A DNA stretch of 64,000 nt from an uncultured virus (IMG/VR IMGVR_UViG_3300036715_002711) (lineage: Duplodnaviria > Heunggongvirae > Uroviricota > Caudoviricetes), in IMG/VR virus record IMGVR_UViG_3300036715_002711; one strand, written 5' to 3'. The notes under the pieces are model-generated. The model worked only from the letters and a program-made list of their open reading frames with translations. It searched no databases and had not been told where the DNA came from. Positions 36,585 to 46,720 of the stretch are shown piece by piece. The translations under genes and the position numbers were made by a program. The stretch's first letter is position 1; each line of letters opens with the position of its first letter.

Positions 36585-37403
36585 ATGCTGCTTTCAACAC
36601 TATGCGAAACTGTCACAAACAAAGTCGCCGTGCGTGCGGTAATGTCAGCCGCTTTTACGAACATTGACGAAGGTGATGACTTTGTCATTGAAGCTGATGG
36701 CTCGATCAGCCCGATAAAGGACATCGGAGATCGAGCGATCACGCTACCTCAGCACTGGGAGGAGGCCAAGGTCAAGTTCAATGCCTGGCCAGGCCTAACT
36801 ATTACCGTAACCAAAGGCAGCAAGCTCAAGTCATTAGCCAATCTACCTCCGCAGCTAAGAAACATTAAGCTATACGGTTGTGCAGGCTTAGCTAACATGG
36901 CTCATGGGCCACTCGAAGTTGAAAATTTAAAGCTTGTCGACTGTGGCATGACATCATTAACAGGCGCTCCGCTTGTCAATGATGAGCTGCAGCTGATCAA
37001 CATGCACATGCTGACAACGCTGAAAGGTCTCGAAGACCACAAGCCTGCCGAGTTGCACATCAACAATTGCAATGGCTTGATTAGCCTCGAAAGCATGCCC
37101 AAAGAGCTGCATATGCTAGTAGTTGACGGGTGTGAGAAGCTCGAAGTAATTCGATTCCCGCGTACAACTGTAATGCAGGGTTCGGGACTACTCTTTGTCG
37201 GCGCGAATGAGGCTCACAAGCTCTCGCCTAGGCTGGTGCTCGTGCCAGGCTTGAGGCAAATTGTCTTTCAAGGCATCGGCTACCGCGACGACATCCTCAA
37301 GCTCTTTAACGAGCACCTACAGATAGAGAACAAGCGGCAGGCGTTCTTGAAGCTTCAGCACGCGCTGATCGACGCCAACATGAATCACATGGCTGATCAG
37401 TAA
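36585..37403 (+). CDS. leucine-rich-repeat-like protein
   Basis: LKSLANLP, MTSLTGAP, LTTLKGL, LISLESMP repeats; C-terminal FLKLQHALIDA. Confidence 0.8.
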   Translation: MLLSTLCETVTNKVAVRAVMSAAFTNIDEGDDFVIEADGSISPIKDIGDRAITLPQHWEEAKVKFNAWPGLTITVTKGSKLKSLANLPPQLRNIKLYGCAGLANMAHGPLEVENLKLVDCGMTSLTGAPLVNDELQLINMHMLTTLKGLEDHKPAELHINNCNGLISLESMPKELHMLVVDGCEKLEVIRFPRTTVMQGSGLLFVGANEAHKLSPRLVLVPGLRQIVFQGIGYRDDILKLFNEHLQIENKRQAFLKLQHALIDANMNHMADQ

Positions 37404-37407
37404 CCGG

Positions 37408-38247
37408 CTAACGAACTTTCCCTGAGAGCTCAGGGATGCCAGCGAAGCGAGCGCGCAGCTCAGCTAGCGATGGAATTCGATTCAGCCTGGGCAGCAGCTG
37501 CGACCCCTCGTCAACCTTGAGCTTCCCTGCGGCGATCTGCTTCAGGGCAACCTCGCGCACCAGTTCGGGGTCATACACGTGTAGGAGCTCCTGGAGCCTG
37601 CGCATGGTGATCGGCTCGTAGAGCCTGCCGAAAGCGGCATTGATCGCGTCCGCTACTCGCTCGGCCTTATCCTTCAGGAGCTCGACATCGTCACGGCTGA
37701 TCAAGCCATGGCTTGTGTCGAGCAGGACGTGGGTGACCTCATTTTCAAGACCTCCAGGCTCGTAGTTATATTCGCCGTCATAGCCAGAGGTGCCGCTCCA
37801 CGGTGCAAACCTGATGCCCGTCTTGGCGACCTTCTTGCCGATGACGGTCATGATCTCGCCCGTCATGTCCAGCCTTTGATCTTCATTCAGGTTGCCCAAG
37901 CCCATGCCTGTCCGGTCAACGGTCATGTAGTAGTGCAGCGTGCGCTCGTTACCGCCGAAGCGCATCTGCTCGACACGCTTCATCGCCACGGCGCGGACAA
38001 ACCGACGATAGTGCGGGTCATTCGCGTACATGTCATCATCGGCGTCGAGGTGCAGCTTTGTCGTGACCTTGCTGACGGTGAGCGTTTCATCGAGCAGCCT
38101 GTAAGCTGCAAGCGTACGCTTGTCTTTGGCTACGTCCTGAGCGATGTCTGTCCAGATGACCGGGTAGCCGACCCGCTTAATGAAGCGCGAGTTGACGATG
38201 CGGATTCGGTCACCCACGCGGATGACGGGTCGCTTGCTCTTGGTCAT
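37408..38247 (-). CDS. hypothetical protein
   Basis: 279 aa; IRVGDRIRIVN..RVGYP..YEPGGL. Confidence 0.8.
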   Translation of the reverse strand: MTKSKRPVIRVGDRIRIVNSRFIKRVGYPVIWTDIAQDVAKDKRTLAAYRLLDETLTVSKVTTKLHLDADDDMYANDPHYRRFVRAVAMKRVEQMRFGGNERTLHYYMTVDRTGMGLGNLNEDQRLDMTGEIMTVIGKKVAKTGIRFAPWSGTSGYDGEYNYEPGGLENEVTHVLLDTSHGLISRDDVELLKDKAERVADAINAAFGRLYEPITMRRLQELLHVYDPELVREVALKQIAAGKLKVDEGSQLLPRLNRIPSLAELRARFAGIPELSGKVR

Positions 38248-38547
38248 GGTGGGGCTATCTTGCCTTCGTAGTCACATTCGTCGATGAGCCAAGTTTGCAG
38301 CTTGAGGAAGTCGGTCTTGGGCATCTCAGCTTCGATCAGCCAGCGCAGCGCGCCCTACTTCGTCATTGGAGAGGTTGTCAGCGCCATCATGACCAACACA
38401 TTGTTCGATAGCCTCTTCAACTTCATCGATGGTCTCTTCCCGGGTGCAATTGTTGCAAGGTGGGTAGGCGCCCGGGTCCTGACAACGACAGCCGCCGCGA
38501 GCCGAGCGAATGTAGTCGTAGATAATATCAGACAGCTCGCCGCTCAT
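38244..38547 (-). pseudogene. Cys-rich hypothetical gene, apparently frameshifted
   Basis: GCRCQ..PPCNNC, continuing in another frame as ALRWLIEAEMPKTDFLKLQTWLIDEC..*. Confidence 0.45.
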
Positions 38548-38837
38548 CGCCGCTTTCCCTTGCGCTCAACGGTCTCGCGAGTGCTCAGGTAGAACGCCGG
38601 GTCCTTGTCCTTGACCCACTCGATGAAGACCTGAATCGGCTCTTGGGCGCGCAGCTCATCCCATGTGTAAAACCGCTTCTCCAGCTCCTTTTCGGTGTAG
38701 GTGGCGTGGATCTTGCGGTGGCAGATCTTGTGGATGGGCTCCTGCACCTTGCCCTTACGAGACTTCGGCACCAGATGATGCCGGTCGATGTTCTCGAGGC
38801 CGAGCGTACGGTGGCAGAGCGGGCAGAGGTCAGTCAC
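38544..38837 (-). CDS. HNH-family protein (YisB-like)
   Basis: CPLCHR..RHHLVPKS..HKICHRKIH; promoter TTTACA-N17-TATAAT at 38844-38872 favours the GTG start. Confidence 0.8.
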   Translation of the reverse strand: MTDLCPLCHRTLGLENIDRHHLVPKSRKGKVQEPIHKICHRKIHATYTEKELEKRFYTWDELRAQEPIQVFIEWVKDKDPAFYLSTRETVERKGKRR

Positions 38838-39046
38838 AGTTGGATTATATTCAGCGCCGAGACTAATGTAAACCGTGACACCAGCTTCGGAGGCACATCG
38901 CTCGTCAGGAACGCGTGCTCCCATTGCCACTTTGGTCGGGATGCTTGATGGTCGGCGTGGCTTTCACCACGCGGCCGTCTTCGATGTGGTTTCGCTCATA
39001 TTTGCCCTTCACCGACCGACGATACCAGACGGTGGCGAGCCTCGGG

Positions 39047-39823
39047 TCATTGGAAGTCATCAGGATCCTTCCCGTAGGTTTCAAGGATGTAGCGCCAGAC
39101 TGGATCGCTGGTGTAAGCCTTAAGCATGAGCTCCCAACCCTTGAGGTGACCGGGTCAAACGAGCCGGCGACAACGCCCACTTTGGCTGTAGGTAAGCGCC
39201 GCTTGTAGCTCTCACCCTTTAGCCAGTTGGCGATGAAGCGAATGTTGGCTGGGAGCCGATCATGCGGTGCAGATACATCGCTCTTGCCGGTGTTGACTCT
39301 GAAAACCTTAAGGCCGTTCTTGATGACGCTGATGAAGTCATGCCGAGCGCTGTCAGTCATCTGTGACTTGAACACACCCTTGATCGTGGCTGCCAGCCAC
39401 GAGCCTTGAGTCGCTGCTTCCGCTCGTTGTTGTTATCATAGCCTGCTTCGACCACGACGACCGCGTCAAACCGATCATAGAGCTCGCGGTCGAAGCGCTC
39501 ATACAAGAGCGGGACTCGAGCACCAAGTCCAGGTGCTCCATGGCCTCTTCGATCTGGTACCGAACGGCGCCCTTGAAGACCTCCTCGAGCTTGAACTTGA
39601 AGCGCTCGTCGGTGAACACCTGCTCACGCACCTGCTCCATGGTCTTGCCGTTGACCATGCCTCGGAAGGTCTCAAGCTCGCTCGGCTGTAAGAGGATCTG
39701 CGGGTTCGCCCAAACAGCGTCGTCTACGTTGGCGTAAGCAAAGGTCGAACCTAGCGCCTCTCGGAGGCTCTTGATGAGCGTGGATTTATCTGACCCGGCG
39801 CCGCCGGTGACAACGATCTTCAT
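39047..39823 (-). pseudogene. dephospho-CoA kinase (CoaE)-phosphopantetheine adenylyltransferase (CoaD)-like fusion, frameshifted and internally deleted
   Basis: VVTGGAGSDKST; shifted frame LE-PLLYE..FDAVVVV..RLKARG; KSQM; then VGVVAGSFDPVT and LKGWE tail. Confidence 0.7.
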
Positions 39824-39975
39824 GGCAAGTCCCTTTCAGCTGGCGTCTCGTAGTAGAGGGTGCAGCGCTTCTTGTGGTTCTTGGGAAATAACACGACCTC
39901 GTGGATCGGCCGCGGCAGTGGTCAAGGTAGAGCAGGTAGCATGCGACAACGCATAGCCCGAGGGAGGCAAGGCCC

Positions 39976-40596
39976 TTATTCACGGTTACGCTCCAGAGCT
40001 CGGTTGAGGATCGTCATGACGCTGGCTTCTGACCAGCCATCCACCCGGATTCGATCGGTGTGTCGGTTGCAGGGTGCGCCGAAGACCACGTGCTCCCACA
40101 TGGGCTCTAGCGAGCCGGTCACCTTGGGCTTGTCATCGAGCAGCACCAAGCCGCGGACGACGGTCTTGTCGTGCGACATGATCATCTGCTTGGCCCAGGT
40201 GTCTCCCAAGTGCTTGGCCGCCCAGGCCGCTTTGTCGGAGTGGCACGTCTTGTGCTCGACGTGCGGCGCTGTGCAGATGCGGACGCCGATGTTATGCTTG
40301 GCTGCTAGGTCCTGCAACAGTTGGACGTGCTCAACAGCGCCGGGAATCGGTGGGATGTCACGGAACATGCCCTCCCAAGTATCCACGACATGGATGACCT
40401 GGTTCTTCAGCCAGATGTCATACTTAGGATCACCGCTGTTGATGCAGTCCTCAACGTAGAAGGTCTCTGCCGTGTTCATGTCAGGCATGTGAGCGAAGTC
40501 AGCTGGTGCGAGGCGACGCTCGAGCTCCTGGTAGAGCCCTAGCACGAAGTCTGCGAGCACGCCGTCTTGGTCAATGAGGATGGGATTGGGTTGCAT
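39976..40596 (-). CDS. 5'(3')-deoxyribonucleotidase (HAD, NT5C-like)
   Basis: IDQDGVLADF, PPIPGA, ICTAP, DKAAW, LLDDKP. Confidence 0.92.
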   Translation of the reverse strand: MQPNPILIDQDGVLADFVLGLYQELERRLAPADFAHMPDMNTAETFYVEDCINSGDPKYDIWLKNQVIHVVDTWEGMFRDIPPIPGAVEHVQLLQDLAAKHNIGVRICTAPHVEHKTCHSDKAAWAAKHLGDTWAKQMIMSHDKTVVRGLVLLDDKPKVTGSLEPMWEHVVFGAPCNRHTDRIRVDGWSEASVMTILNRALERNRE

Positions 40597-40782
40597 TATT
40601 TGATTGAATCATCCTTATGACCGCTCATCGAAGATTTCCTTGACTATCGTGCGCAGGATGTTCTGGACCTCAGCAGTGTCGCCGGGCTTGATGGCTCGCC
40701 GTTCTGCCCTCGGCTTGATAGGGCTACGGCGCTAGGCTATGCGCTATCACGGGACCCACATGGGTCATGTGAGCTCCCTAGC

Positions 40783-42234
40783 TCATACAGCGCAGCGAGC
40801 GCGGACTTCGTCCAGTGTGGTTTGATTGCTCAGCACGCCGTACTCGTAGACCGTCACCATCACGTCCTCGAACTCGTCGCTCAGCGGGCCTTGATCGATG
40901 CGTACCGTCGAGTACTCACCGGTCATCTTCGATCGAGCCAGCGTCAAGACGCCTTCCTTGGACTTCTTGCCCGGGTCCGTGATCGGGTCCTTGACGATGC
41001 CGACCCAGAGGTCCTTCGGAAAATCAATCGGGTTGTTCGTATTCGTGTCCTTGACAAGGATCGCCGAAGCCTTCATCGCGAACTTGAAGGTATCACGGTT
41101 GACCTTCTGCAGCAGGCCGCCGCCAGAGCCGAAGACGATGTTGTCGGGCGAGAAGTTCATCGCCATCAGGTTGCCCAGCAGGGTCTTCAGGGTCATGCGG
41201 TCAACACCGTCGCCCTGCAGGATGCCGATGCCTGGATACATCTTGACGTAGCCCTTGCTGGTCTTCGTGGTCGGGAAGGCCGAGCAGAAGAGGCGCATCA
41301 CACGCGGGATCACCTCGAGGGCGTCGCCGCTGTCGGGGCGGCAGACCAGCTTCATGCCCAGGCGGGTGTGCAGGTCGATGATGCGGTCCTTGAAGACGGT
41401 GCACAGCTGTTCAGCGAAGCGGTAGATGTCCTTCGTGTCGCCGACCAGGGAAATGATGTTGCCTTGGCCTTCAAACTTGGTCAGGGCGTGGTCGATGTAG
41501 GCGATCTCATCTTCGACAGACAGGCCGAAAGAGCAGGCAACGCTGTGCTCCGTGGCGCGCACCGAGAAGCCAGCCATCGAGTGGTCGTAGTAGAAGTTCG
41601 CGGTCCGAACGCCATCGATGGTGTCGGAGCCCATGAAGTTGACCAAGTGGGCGGCGCCGCCGATGCAGGCTTGGCCGCGGCTGGTGACGCCGCGTGCGCC
41701 GAAGTCGTGCAGCGAGAAGGGCAGGAAGCCGAGGTCGGCGCCAGCGACCTCGTAGAAGCGCTTGATCTCGAGCTTGGTGTCGTAGTCCAAGGAGGCGATG
41801 GTGGTCGGGTACCAGACGGCCCGGAGCAGCGAGGTCTCGATGTAGGAGGTCAGCCAGTAGAGGTCAGGGTCGACGCACTTGACCGTGACCAAGGCGTTGC
41901 CGCTGCGGACCGGCGTGCCCTCAGGGACGGCGCGGATCGTCAGGGGCAGGTAGCCGTTGTACTTGTTAACCACCTTGAGCCAACCGTCACGGCTGAAAGG
42001 CTCACCGTGGGCGGCGGCGAAGGCTTCAGCCTCGTCGATCATCTCGAGCGTGATCTGCACCGACAGGTACTCGCGCAGCCAGACTTGCAGGCCGAACGGG
42101 ACCATGATGTCGCGACCGCCGGTGCGGGCTTCGATGTAGGAGAACATGCCCCTCACATACTCAGGGTAGGCGAAGGCGTGGCACAGCTTGTAGCTGTCGG
42201 TGTCCAGGATGGGGTTGAATTGCAGGGTTGTCAT
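40783..42234 (-). CDS. nadV: nicotinamide phosphoribosyltransferase (NAMPT)
   Basis: LDTDSYK, WYPTTIAS, LHDFGARG, ATEHS, RPDSGD, QGDGV, FGSGGGLLQKVNRDT, KDPITDPGKKSK. Confidence 0.95.
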   Translation of the reverse strand: MTTLQFNPILDTDSYKLCHAFAYPEYVRGMFSYIEARTGGRDIMVPFGLQVWLREYLSVQITLEMIDEAEAFAAAHGEPFSRDGWLKVVNKYNGYLPLTIRAVPEGTPVRSGNALVTVKCVDPDLYWLTSYIETSLLRAVWYPTTIASLDYDTKLEIKRFYEVAGADLGFLPFSLHDFGARGVTSRGQACIGGAAHLVNFMGSDTIDGVRTANFYYDHSMAGFSVRATEHSVACSFGLSVEDEIAYIDHALTKFEGQGNIISLVGDTKDIYRFAEQLCTVFKDRIIDLHTRLGMKLVCRPDSGDALEVIPRVMRLFCSAFPTTKTSKGYVKMYPGIGILQGDGVDRMTLKTLLGNLMAMNFSPDNIVFGSGGGLLQKVNRDTFKFAMKASAILVKDTNTNNPIDFPKDLWVGIVKDPITDPGKKSKEGVLTLARSKMTGEYSTVRIDQGPLSDEFEDVMVTVYEYGVLSNQTTLDEVRARCAV

Positions 42235-42410
42235 GATTGCTCCAATCAGGAAGAACGGTGCTGCCGCTTGGGTGGCACGATACTTTTGAATCAGCTCGTG
42301 AATCTTGCCAATGAGCAGCATTGGGATGTCCACGGCAAAGAAGAGGATGATGAGGATGCCGAAGAAACATAGTCGTCAGAGCTACAGCCGATGAACTGGA
42401 CAGTAGTAGA

Positions 42411-43598
42411 TCACGTCAACGTCTCGCGGTCGATGTGGCCCATGGCCCATTCAACAATTGCGTGGTGGTCCTCGAACCACATGTCCATGCGCTCGAGCGC
42501 CTCGCTGATCGGCAGCCAGAAGCATTCGATCACGTCGCACTCAGGATCGGTGTTGCCCTGCTTCATGCCCTTGACTTGGGGCAACGGCTTCATGTCATCG
42601 AGCCGGAAGAAGTAGGCGTGCGTGATCGTGCGGCCACGGTCCGAACGGTCCGGCTTGTCGAAGACCTGCTCCGCACGGATCGAGCCGCGCAGGATGTCAG
42701 TCGTGATCTTCTTGACCTTGACTGGGTCCTTGCCTTCGGTCAGCTTGATCTTGGTCTCTTCGATCACTTCGCGAATGCATGCGCTACGGAGGCGCTCATT
42801 GGCGTTCACAAAGCCGCCAGGAAGCGCCCAAAGACCCTTGCCAGGCTCGTGGCCACGCACCACCGTGAGGATGTGACCGGATTGCACGATGACGCCGTCC
42901 ACCGTCTGGTAGATCGGCGGATACGGGTAGGCTTTGGCGCGCTCCTTGTAGGCGCAGACGTGTTTGTAGGTCTCGACCAGCGATGCAAACTCGGGCGTGC
43001 TCTTGAAGCGCTCCATGTTGAGAAGTGTTGTGTCAGGCACGACATCCGGGATGTGAGTCCCCTCGCCGCCGAACAGCCACGAACGCACGTCGGTGGCGCT
43101 CACATTGAGCACGCCGTTCTGCCGGTAGGGCTCGACAAAGATCGTCTTCCACTGCGGGAAGGCGTGCAGGTACCAGGTGCTCTCGTCACGATCAGAGCCG
43201 ATCAGGTTGATGTTAGGAGCTGCTTGCTCCTTCCACATCCGGCTTTCGATTGCGGTCTTGACGATGCTTTGGACGCTGCGCTGCCACAGCATGTCGTTGT
43301 ACGGGTAGTCGCGCGACGGCCGAACGGAGAGCGTGCCCCAGCTGTCATCCAGCGGCATGTTGCGTTCATACCACTGGACGATCATCTGCTTCCGCTCGGC
43401 GAACGTGAAGGGGTTCTTCAGCGAGCGGGATAGGCCACTTGAACCGACAAGCACGATGACCAACCTGCCGCGCCTGAGCGCTTCTTGCAGGACATGGGCG
43501 TGCCCGAGGTGGAAGGGATTGAAGCGACCGTTGTAGACGATGACGTCCCTAAACACGGCGCTAACCTCATGCTTCTTGGTGGGGATTACTGATGCCAT
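42411..43598 (-). CDS. nadM: bifunctional NMN adenylyltransferase / ADP-ribose pyrophosphatase (NadM-Nudix)
   Basis: GRFNPFHLGH, KNPFTFAER, SATDVR, LWALPGGF..REVIEET, RSDRGRTITHA, FEDH; promoter at 43650-43678. Confidence 0.93.
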   Translation of the reverse strand: MASVIPTKKHEVSAVFRDVIVYNGRFNPFHLGHAHVLQEALRRGRLVIVLVGSSGLSRSLKNPFTFAERKQMIVQWYERNMPLDDSWGTLSVRPSRDYPYNDMLWQRSVQSIVKTAIESRMWKEQAAPNINLIGSDRDESTWYLHAFPQWKTIFVEPYRQNGVLNVSATDVRSWLFGGEGTHIPDVVPDTTLLNMERFKSTPEFASLVETYKHVCAYKERAKAYPYPPIYQTVDGVIVQSGHILTVVRGHEPGKGLWALPGGFVNANERLRSACIREVIEETKIKLTEGKDPVKVKKITTDILRGSIRAEQVFDKPDRSDRGRTITHAYFFRLDDMKPLPQVKGMKQGNTDPECDVIECFWLPISEALERMDMWFEDHHAIVEWAMGHIDRETLT

Positions 43599-43647
43599 TG
43601 GAACTCTCCGTTGGTGGGTTGACGCGCTCTTTGTGCGTCAGACATAT

Positions 43648-43854
43648 TTATTGTACCCCAACCTTCGTTGGTTGTACACTGATTTTTGGAACTTTGTGTA
43701 TGACGGCTTGGTTCTTCATGCGCTTGAGCACAAGCACCTCAGCTTCAAGCTTTTCTAGCCGAGCGATGTTGATGACATTGACGCTGAGCTGAGCTTTACT
43801 GTTGTCAAAATCGGTACAGCATCGGAAAGCGGGCGGCAGATCAATGAGGTTCAC
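43648..43854 (-). CDS. hypothetical protein
   Basis: 68 aa. Confidence 0.4.
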   Translation of the reverse strand: MNLIDLPPAFRCCTDFDNSKAQLSVNVINIARLEKLEAEVLVLKRMKNQAVIHKVPKISVQPTKVGVQ

Positions 43855-43956
43855 ATCTCAACGACAGCCACTGAAGAGCAATGCGACACCTCGGTGACAT
43901 CTCGGTGATCTTCAGCAGCAGCTGGGCCGTCACCTCGGCATCGGCCATCGTCGGCG

Positions 43957-44319
43957 TCACTCTGGGCTCTTGCACTTAGGCACGGTGACCTCATGGACCC
44001 ACATCGCTTGCTTGTATAGCTTGCAGAATGCGAGCAGCTGCATGACCGGGTGGCCGAGCAGGTTATGCAAGGCCCATGCGTGGCGAGCGAAGCGAAGGTG
44101 TTGGCCTTCAACCACCGACGGGTGCAGGATGTAGGCGGCTTCCAGGGCGTGGGACCCTGAGAGCGGCAGCACCTCGCCGGTTGTTAGCGTCACCCTGGCC
44201 TTGAGCTCGGCGATGCGGCTGAAGTCAGCTACCGCTACGAGCGAGTAGCGGAAGACGCCGACGTCGCTCTTGCCGAAGTCAGTCAATCTCGGCATGGTCA
44301 AGGTTGAAGCTGTTGACAT
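43957..44319 (-). CDS. hypothetical protein
   Basis: WALHNLLGHPVMQLL..WVHEVT. Confidence 0.65.
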   Translation of the reverse strand: MSTASTLTMPRLTDFGKSDVGVFRYSLVAVADFSRIAELKARVTLTTGEVLPLSGSHALEAAYILHPSVVEGQHLRFARHAWALHNLLGHPVMQLLAFCKLYKQAMWVHEVTVPKCKSPE

Positions 44320-44551
44320 TGAGCGCTACGAGCAGCAAGTCCTTGGACAGGAAGCCCTTGTGGGTGTCACGGGCGACGACGATGTACCAGTCAGCCGACT
44401 CTGTGAAGAACGGCTCCGGGTCAACCTGGTCGTAGCGGTACACGTTCCAAAGGGTGTCACCGTCATCCAGCGTCAGGGTGTTGATGATGTAAGGCGCGTC
44501 ATCCTTCTCGAGGATGAGGCCAGGGCGAAGTTGGGCAAGCTTGAGCATCAC
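44279..44551 (-). CDS. hypothetical protein
   Basis: 90 aa. Confidence 0.55.
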   Translation of the reverse strand: MMLKLAQLRPGLILEKDDAPYIINTLTLDDGDTLWNVYRYDQVDPEPFFTESADWYIVVARDTHKGFLSKDLLLVALNVNSFNLDHAEID

Positions 44552-45794
44552 TGCACGCTTTCAGGAATCAAGCCACCGGTCTTGCTGGCGAGCTCGAAGT
44601 TGTCGGTGATGAACTGCTTGACCTTCCAAGCAGGCGTATGGCGGTCGAAGACGATGTTGGGGGCCGTGGTCCTCGAGGTAGACGACCTTCAGCCGGTCAC
44701 CGTCGCCGAGGTCAACGACCTGCAGCCCGTCGGCGGTGTTCTGGCCGCATTGATGCGAGCCGCACTCGTTTTGCCACTGGGACCGAGTGGCAATGTCGTA
44801 GGTCCGCTTAGCGGGGCAGTGGAAGTGGACGATGCAGTCCACGTCTTGGTGCTTGCTGAAGACGATGCGCTGCGACTGGCCACCGACTGAGGGCTTGAAG
44901 CCATGTGCCACGACGGAGTCATGGCCAGAGCTCACGATCTTGACCATGCCGACCTTGGCCAGCTCGTTAAAGTTGGACTTGCGGATGCTAGTCAGCACCT
45001 CGGTGTCGCTGAGCTTGACGGCGAAGTGGCCGGCGGTCTTGCCGAGCACGGTCTTGCAGAAGTCCACGACCTCGCGGAGGTTGACAGGCACCAGCTCAGA
45101 GTTCCAGGGTACCGCATCGCCAGGCACGACCGTGCTGCGGGTGAAGGTGTTGGTCATGCGAGACAGCATGATCTCGACCAGCGTATTGAGAGCGTAGGTG
45201 CGGTCGGTGGTCGGTGTGTATTGGGTCTCTTCAGGCGCGATGATGACGTTGCGCCTCGTGATCGTATCGTTGGCCAGGACCAGGTTGAGCGAGTTGGTCT
45301 TCAGCAGCCTGAGGTCTGCCGCATACTGCTCACCTGGATTGGCGTCCGTCGTGGTCTTGAAGCCGACGACGAAGATGTCCTTGCGCGTCTTGCGGATCTT
45401 GCCGATGAGCTTAGGCGCCGGCCGAAGCGTCATCACTTGCTCCCCGGCATCCGTGCGAAGCCGTTCTGCTTGCCTGAGGCGACACGGCGTTCATCGACAT
45501 GGCCGTCAAAGTCCACGAGCGCTGGGTTGAAGATGATGGCGCGGACATCAGGGTGGCGATGAGCTTGTCAAGCAGCTTGTCGACATCCTCATTGGTGACC
45601 AGCTTCGAGGTCGGGTCCGCCATCTTGGTCAGGTAAAGGTCAACGCCGTAGAAGCGTTGGCCCCTCTTCCTGACCTCGGCCCTGAGGGTTTCGGCTAGCG
45701 TACGCGCCGTCTCCCCGAAAGCAGAGGCGCAGAGGCTCAGGTGGTTTCGTACGTGGGAGAATGTCCCACCGCCAATCACGATGATCTTTGGCAT
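44548..45794 (-). pseudogene. CoaB (DFP)-like phosphopantothenoylcysteine synthetase domain fused to a class II aldolase-like domain; three frameshifts
   Basis: VIGGGT..VR, IIFNPALVDF, PKLI..IFVVGFK, NLVLAND; PSVG..IVHFH..CGS; frame changes near 45555, 45468 and 44662. Confidence 0.7.
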
Positions 45795-45856
45795 CGCAAT
45801 CCTCACAGTTAGTTAAGCTATGAGGATTGTAACCGCTAAAGCGGCTTGGTGTAAAC

Positions 45857-46060
45857 CTATCTCGGCCGCTTTCGGCTGACCTTGCGCAGCTTTGGCTTGG
45901 CACTATTTTTCTCGGCAAGCTGTGTCAAGCCTGCTCGAATCTCAGCACGCAACTGTTCATTGATGCGCTTGTCATGCTCATAGCCGTCGCGGGCCTTGAT
46001 GCTGATCGCCATCTCAAAACCTAGGATAGCGACCATGAAGATGAGGAATCCTATCTCCAT
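45857..46060 (-). CDS. small membrane protein
   Basis: N-terminal TM helix, AAGGAG RBS. Confidence 0.6.
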   Translation of the reverse strand: MEIGFLIFMVAILGFEMAISIKARDGYEHDKRINEQLRAEIRAGLTQLAEKNSAKPKLRKVSRKRPR

Positions 46061-46273
46061 GACAATCCGGCTCCTTGGACGAGCGGCAGCGTTGCGCCGA
46101 GCAGCTCTTGCAGGGTTGGGTGCAACGGGATGCCATGCCGTTGGCAGACGATTTCGACATTACCGTAGCGCCAGAACTCAGGCGCACAGCTGACATAGAC
46201 CTTGTCGGAGGTAGCGAACAAGCCGAGCGCTACGCCGCCATGCTGGGCGACTTGGTCTTGGAGTCAAAGTGCA

Positions 46274-46720
46274 TCAGCACCATGTTGGGTACTTGATGTG
46301 AGCTGTCAATGAGAGGCCTCGATGCGTCCTGCACGCAACCTTGCTCACCAAGAATGAGCCCAGCCTCGAGTCTATGTAGGCGGCCTCGATTGTATCATAT
46401 GAGCTTAGCTCGTGAACCGTTAGCATCGGCGTTGAGCTTGAGCTTAGCGCGCATAAGCCGTCAAACAGCTCAACGTACGGCCCGCCGCTAAAGTTCAGTA
46501 CGGTGCCGGTCAGGACGTTGCCGTCGGTGCTGCCAATCAGCGTCTGAGACATGCTCGCATCCGTGATGTGCACATTTGCCGAGGTGAGGGCGAGGAAACC
46601 CTTGATCGCCGTCGGTACGTGCCTAAACCTAAGAAGCAGCTTGTAAGCCGCTTCGTGGGAGAAGTCAAGCATCGATGCTGGTGTACCAGGCGGCTTTGAG
46701 GTAGGCTTGGGAGACAGCAT
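46274..46720 (-). CDS. hypothetical protein
   Basis: Start uncertain. Confidence 0.5.
   Translation of the reverse strand: MLSPKPTSKPPGTPASMLDFSHEAAYKLLLRFRHVPTAIKGFLALTSANVHITDASMSQTLIGSTDGNVLTGTVLNFSGGPYVELFDGLCALSSSSTPMLTVHELSSYDTIEAAYIDSRLGSFLVSKVACRTHRGLSLTAHIKYPTWC

Noticed and set aside
40822..42372. Long plus-strand ORFs (also 29050-30471, 24367-25596, 27387-28388, 19253-20140, 42435-43433)
   Set aside because: Antisense shadows of GC3-rich recognisable minus-strand genes
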